Translations under genes and position numbers: made by a program
Shown: one piece after another, positions 59,378 to 64,000 of the stretch
How positions within the stretch are numbered: the stretch's first letter is position 1
Layout of the letters: every line of letters begins with the position of its first letter
Source: an uncultured Verrucomicrobiae bacterium
Lineage (GTDB): Bacteria; Verrucomicrobiota; Verrucomicrobiia; Chthoniobacterales; JAFAMB01
Direction: 5' to 3'
Assembly (NCBI GenBank): GCA_963813025.1
Contig: CAWEXO010000011.1
Coordinates: 928,001-992,000, forward strand
Length of the DNA: 64,000 bases
Notes under the pieces: generated by a model
Databases searched by the model: none
Told to the model about the DNA's origin: nothing
Seen by the model: only the letters and a program-made list of their open reading frames with translations

Positions 59378-60328
59378 CTATTCACGAAGACGCGCGCCCC
59401 GCCCGTAGATCAGAAGCATTACCAGCAAGACGCCGCCATAGATGATCTGACGACCCGCTTCCGGCATTTGCAAGACCGAGAGCATGCTCTGCAGCAGCAC
59501 AATCAGCAGGACGCCGATAACTGTACCGGCATAGCGGCCGCTGCCGCCCAGGACATTGGTACCCCCGAGCACAATGGCGGCGATGGAAGGCAGAAGATAC
59601 GCGTCGCCCATACCCTGGTACGCCTTGGTGGAGTAGCCGGTCAGCATGATCCCGCCAAGCGCCGCGGCGATCCCGCTGACCACAAAGGCGCCGATAATCA
59701 CCAGACGAGTCGGTACACCGGAAAGGTAGGCGGCGCGTTCCCGGTTACCAACCGCGTAGATGTAGCGACCGAACTGCGTTGCCCGCAAAAGGAAGACCAG
59801 GACGACAGACACCGCGATCCAGACGAACAGCGCGTTCGGGATGCCGAAGGTCCGCTCCACGGCCAGGATTGTCATCAATCGAGTCGCATGACTGGCGGGC
59901 GCCGCACCACCGGTGTAGAGGACGACTAAGCCTTGCAAGACCGCGTTCATGCCCAAGGTGAAGATCATCGACGGCACGCGCAACCAAGCCACCCCCAGTC
60001 CATTCACCAGACCAACTAACAAACCGCAGCCGAGCCCAACCGGAAAGGTCAGCAGCCCTGCAGTCGCCTGGAGATGGGCTACGGCCGTGCCCATCATTGC
60101 ACCCATCGTAATTGTCCATGGGATGGAAAGATCGATGTGACCGAGCAAAATCACGAGCATCGATCCGCCGGCGATGATGCCAAGGAACGACGCCACCTGC
60201 AGTTGCTCTAACAGGTAATTTGGGGATACGAAATTGCGGTTAATCGTCGCGCCAATCGCGAGAATGACCAGGATGCACCCGCCTGCCGCGATAATCGGTT
60301 GGTTGGCTTTTGTAAGAATCCGGCTCAC
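59378..60328 (-). CDS. Sugar ABC transporter permease
   Basis: HIDLSI, IFTLG, YAVGNRERAAYLSGV, SIAAIVLGGT; GTG start overlapping the upstream stop. Confidence 0.9.
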   Translation of the reverse strand: MSRILTKANQPIIAAGGCILVILAIGATINRNFVSPNYLLEQLQVASFLGIIAGGSMLVILLGHIDLSIPWTITMGAMMGTAVAHLQATAGLLTFPVGLGCGLLVGLVNGLGVAWLRVPSMIFTLGMNAVLQGLVVLYTGGAAPASHATRLMTILAVERTFGIPNALFVWIAVSVVLVFLLRATQFGRYIYAVGNRERAAYLSGVPTRLVIIGAFVVSGIAAALGGIMLTGYSTKAYQGMGDAYLLPSIAAIVLGGTNVLGGSGRYAGTVIGVLLIVLLQSMLSVLQMPEAGRQIIYGGVLLVMLLIYGRGARLRE

Positions 60329-62925
60329 TGGAACACGTCCATCTGGTTCTTTCGGCGAAGCACGCGGAGCGCGCCGAGACAGACCGCACCCAGCAGAATG
60401 AAGCCTTGAAAAAGCGGTTGCCAAAGCGCTGGAGCGTTGAACACAAAAAGCAGGTCGCTGATCGTTCGCAGAATCAAGGCACCAAAAATCGATCCGATCA
60501 TCCCGCCCGAACCTCCGAATAACGAGGTGCCGCCGATGGCGACGGCGGCGATCGAGTTAAGCGTATAGAAGCCGCCCTGGCTCGAACTAGCTTCACCGGA
60601 TAACGAGATCAGCGACAGGAGGAGGCCACCGGTTGCAGCGAACAAACCGGCCAACGAATAGGCGGCAAATCGCGCTCGGCCGATCGCGAGACCTGACATA
60701 TAGGCCGCGCCTTCAGCCGAACCGACCGCGTAGCAATTGCGGCCGGTGACGGAGTTGCGAAAGGGCAGCCAAACCAGCCCAATGACCGCGACCAGCAAAA
60801 GGAACGTGGTGGGCACGCCGCCCAAGTCGTACGTGAGGGCATTGCTGAAGTCCTCGTTTACCGAGCCCCCGGGGCTCGGCCGCAGCAAGAGAGCCAGACC
60901 AAAGTAAATCGCTCCGGTGGCCAGAGTAGCAATGATCGGCTGGATGCGCCCGAGAACGACAATCGCGGCATTAACCATTCCGGCTGCTAGACCGCTGGCG
61001 AGCACCGCGATCGTGCCCAGAGCGACCTGACCGGCCGAACCGTTGACCACCACCGAGGCCAGACAAGATGACATTGTGAGAATCATTCCGGCAGATAAAT
61101 CGAATCCGCCGGTCAGGATGACCAGCGTTTGCGCCATCGCGACAAACGAGAGAACTGCTCCCTTATTCGACAAGGAAGTCAGGACATTCGTGGAAAGTCC
61201 ATTTGGTTGTTGCGAGGCAAAAAGGCCAAACATGAGCGCGAAAACCAGAATGCTGAACACAGTGCCCGCGTTCCGTTTCCAAAATCTGCGCAGGATTGAC
61301 AGTGTTGCGGCGGCGGTCGGTCTGCCGGGCTCAGCCGGTTTGACCCCGGAGTCTGTTGCCAACGATTTCTCGCTCAGGTTGAGCGCGGCGGTGATCAAGT
61401 TGTGTTCATTCAGGTCCCGGCCCCCGAGCTCTTGGATCAATTTTCCGTCGTAGCAGACGGCGACCCGATCACACATCCCGATGAGCTCTTCGTAGTCGGT
61501 CGAATAGAACAGGAGAGCGATCCCGGTTTGCGCCAGCCCGCGCATCAACCGATACAGCTCCTGCTTTGTGCCGACATCGATGCCCCGGGTTGGATCGTTC
61601 AAAAGCAAGATGCGCGGGTCTTTCATCAGCCATTTGCCGATAACCACCTTTTGCTGATTGCCCCCGGACAAGGTTCGTACGGGCGCGGCCAGGTCATTGA
61701 CCCGGATTTGGAGCTTGGCGACCGCCTCGTTCGTCGCAACGCGCTCCCGGTTTCTGTCGATCACTCCATGGCTGCTTAAATCCGGAGCCGCGGCCAGCAC
61801 CAAGTTGTCTCGAATCGACATTGGCGGAAGCAGTCCTTGGGTTTGTCGATCCTGGGGGATCAAAGCCAACGCGAATTGGGGTGCTTTTGCTTTTCTTGGA
61901 TGTTCGATGCGCGTTCGGCGCCCATTAATCAGCACTTCGCCCGAGACACCGCGGAGCACTCCGAACAAGGCGAGCAAAAGCTCGTTTTGTCCCTGCCCAT
62001 CCAATCCGCCCAGCCCGATAATCTCGCCGGGTCGTACCTGGAGGGAAATGCTCTTGAGAACGTTTCCCCAACTCAGGTTCTTCACCTCCAATCCCGCGCT
62101 CGACGTCGATCGGCAGCGCTGGTTAGGGATTGCATCCTCGCCCGCCGACGCGCCGTCCCTACTGCTCTTTGGCGGGTAAGCTCGTGACATCTCCCGCCCA
62201 ATCATCAACGGCACGATCTCGGCCGTGGTCTTGCTTCCCATCGGAAATGTTTCGATGTGCTTGCCATTGCGGAAAACGGAGCAGACATCGGCCAAAGCGG
62301 AGATCTCCGGCATGCGGTGCGAGATGTAGAGCACGGCTAAACCTTTGTCGCGCAGTCCGCGAATCACCCGGTACAGCTGTTCGACGTCTCTGGCAGTGAG
62401 GGCCGAAGTGGCCTCGTCCATGATAATGAGACGCGGTTGACGGACAAGCGCCTTGCCGATCTCCACCATCTGCTGGCGCGAAAGCGGCAGATCTTTGACC
62501 CGTTCATCCGGATGAATGTCCGGACAACCGATTTCCTGCAGGACCTGTTCCGCGCGCTCTCGTTGCCGGCGTCGATCGATTAAGCCAAGGAGCTTGGGCG
62601 GATCGGCAATTGAGATGTTGTCCGAGACCGAGAGATCGGGTAAGAGCGAGAGTTCCTGAAAGATACAGGCGATGCCTTGGCGAGAGGCCTCCGCGGGCGA
62701 GCCGAATTGGACGGCGCGGTTTTCCAGAATGATCCGGCCTTCATCAGGCCGGACTACGCCCGCGATGATCTTCATCAGCGAGCTTTTACCCGCCCCGTTT
62801 TCGCCGATCACGGCGTGGATCGTGCCAAGCGAACAGGAAAAATCAACGTTCGATAGAGCGGTTACGCCGCCGTAGCGCTTTGTGATCCCTTCCAAACGCA
62901 GGAAGGGGTGCCGCATCCCGGTCAT
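60325..62925 (-). CDS. Fused sugar ABC transporter: tandem-NBD ATPase + permease
   Basis: GENGAGKSS, MDEATSAL, LSGGNQQK, LNDPTRGIDVG, then GGFDLSAG...NSIAAVAIGGTS in one 866-aa frame. Confidence 0.88.
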   Translation of the reverse strand: MTGMRHPFLRLEGITKRYGGVTALSNVDFSCSLGTIHAVIGENGAGKSSLMKIIAGVVRPDEGRIILENRAVQFGSPAEASRQGIACIFQELSLLPDLSVSDNISIADPPKLLGLIDRRRQRERAEQVLQEIGCPDIHPDERVKDLPLSRQQMVEIGKALVRQPRLIIMDEATSALTARDVEQLYRVIRGLRDKGLAVLYISHRMPEISALADVCSVFRNGKHIETFPMGSKTTAEIVPLMIGREMSRAYPPKSSRDGASAGEDAIPNQRCRSTSSAGLEVKNLSWGNVLKSISLQVRPGEIIGLGGLDGQGQNELLLALFGVLRGVSGEVLINGRRTRIEHPRKAKAPQFALALIPQDRQTQGLLPPMSIRDNLVLAAAPDLSSHGVIDRNRERVATNEAVAKLQIRVNDLAAPVRTLSGGNQQKVVIGKWLMKDPRILLLNDPTRGIDVGTKQELYRLMRGLAQTGIALLFYSTDYEELIGMCDRVAVCYDGKLIQELGGRDLNEHNLITAALNLSEKSLATDSGVKPAEPGRPTAAATLSILRRFWKRNAGTVFSILVFALMFGLFASQQPNGLSTNVLTSLSNKGAVLSFVAMAQTLVILTGGFDLSAGMILTMSSCLASVVVNGSAGQVALGTIAVLASGLAAGMVNAAIVVLGRIQPIIATLATGAIYFGLALLLRPSPGGSVNEDFSNALTYDLGGVPTTFLLLVAVIGLVWLPFRNSVTGRNCYAVGSAEGAAYMSGLAIGRARFAAYSLAGLFAATGGLLLSLISLSGEASSSQGGFYTLNSIAAVAIGGTSLFGGSGGMIGSIFGALILRTISDLLFVFNAPALWQPLFQGFILLGAVCLGALRVLRRKNQMDVFQ

Positions 62926-62937
62926 GGTTGAGAAAAG

Positions 62938-63110
62938 AAAACCACAGATTTCACCTGCAGAGACGAGGATGCGAACCGGAGAGAAAAACCACGGATTTCA
63001 CAGATTTCACAGATTTCTTTAGGAAGAACGCAGGACGCGAACTCAGAGCAATTTAACTTAACGTCAAGATTTCGTGACTCTGAATCTGTGAAAATCTGTG
63101 GTTTCTCTCC
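62938..63110. repeat. (CACAGATTT)-type nonamer repeats forming a long imperfect inverted repeat
   Basis: ggagagaaaaaccacggatttcacagatttcacagattt (62978-63016) versus aatctgtgaaaatctgtggtttctctcc (63083-63110). Confidence 0.85.
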
Positions 63111-63123
63111 TTAATGGACGCGG

Positions 63124-64000
63124 CTAGTCGCTCGTCTTGGCAGCGTTCATCAGCTTGCCGGCATCAAGAGTGATGTTGCACTGCGGAAACCCGCTCGCGA
63201 CAAAGAAATCGTCGGACAGATTCGGGAAGTAATCGACGCCCGGTTTCATGTTGGTGTAGTCGACCGCGGGAATCGGGGCCGAGATATACTGGGGTAGGCT
63301 GTTGCCCTGCAGAGCAGCCAGAGCGGCTTTGAGCGAGAGTGCTACTAACGCCGGAGACTGGCCGTACGACCAGCCTTTCAGGCCATCCTTGGCATGCAGC
63401 GCGATTAGTTTTCGAAAACCATTTTCCGCTTCGCCGGCCACCGGAATATAAGGATTCTTGCCATCAATCAGGGCCCGAACTGCTCCGGTCGTGCCGCCCT
63501 GGCAGGTCATCCCGTCAAATTTGCCGTGCACGGCGAGGGCGTCAGCCACCGCTTTTTGGGCGGTGCCGTCATCCCAGTTCCCGACGACCTCAACCGTTTT
63601 GATGCCGGGCTCCTTGTCAAAGATCTCGCGCAGCCCTTTGTGGCGTTCGAGATCTACCGGGTTCCCAGCGACTCCGCGTACTTCGATGACATTACCTTTA
63701 TTGCCCATCTCTTTGAGGATCCAGCGACCCATTAAGCGGCCGACCTCCAATTGATCTTCATTGACGGCAACAATCTGATCGCTGTCGATGGTATTATCGT
63801 AAGAGATCAAAAGGACGCCAGCTCGTTTGGCGCGCTCGATGGACGGCTTAAAGGCCGTGGGACTGACGGCATTGATCAGGATCGCGTCATAGCCTGCATT
63901 TATAAAGTTATCAATTGCACCAATCTGGGCCGCAACGTCTGTGCCGGTGCTGACGATTTTTAATTCTTTGATCAGCGGCTTGATTTCCGGGTCCTCAGCG
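63124..64000 (-). CDS. Sugar ABC transporter substrate-binding protein, 5' end beyond the window
   Basis: Frame open to the window edge (...QIGAIDNFINAGYDAILINAVSP...ISYDN...RGVAGNPVD...GNWDDG...GEAENGF). Confidence 0.88.
   Translation of the reverse strand, partial: AEDPEIKPLIKELKIVSTGTDVAAQIGAIDNFINAGYDAILINAVSPTAFKPSIERAKRAGVLLISYDNTIDSDQIVAVNEDQLEVGRLMGRWILKEMGNKGNVIEVRGVAGNPVDLERHKGLREIFDKEPGIKTVEVVGNWDDGTAQKAVADALAVHGKFDGMTCQGGTTGAVRALIDGKNPYIPVAGEAENGFRKLIALHAKDGLKGWSYGQSPALVALSLKAALAALQGNSLPQYISAPIPAVDYTNMKPGVDYFPNLSDDFFVASGFPQCNITLDAGKLMNAAKTSD

Overview
A 64-kb, mostly housekeeping stretch of a moderately GC-rich bacterial chromosome. Gene content and repeat style suggest Verrucomicrobiota (Chthoniobacterales-like); this is an inference. 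It carries aspC, prmA, a degenerate glgA, PTS EIIA, argS, phoU, coaE-rho-rnd, DAHP synthase, nth, fabI, a GDSL autotransporter, ackA, nuoD-N (nuoABC absent; a small lipoprotein gene lies between nuoD and nuoE), metG, ndh, a UbiA-family prenyltransferase and metH. It ends in a sugar/sugar-acid utilisation cluster (two CUT2 ABC systems, lactonase, UxaA-type dehydratase) interrupted by a REP-associated tyrosine transposase (RAYT). Clusters of single-base indels break nuoF/G/H/I, metH and two small genes and look like long-read consensus errors. Most notable unannotated signals: (1) a 28-aa Phe/Tyr/Trp-rich leader peptide in front of DAHP synthase, a candidate attenuator sensing all three aromatic amino acids; (2) a perfect Rex operator before nuoD; (3) a glycogen-synthase homologue missing most catalytic motifs; (4) a RAYT flanked by inverted REP palindromes, with many intergenic gaps built from several REP-like and short-tandem repeat families, one possibly inserted in frame in an ABC ATPase. 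No rRNA, tRNA or CRISPR array was seen.
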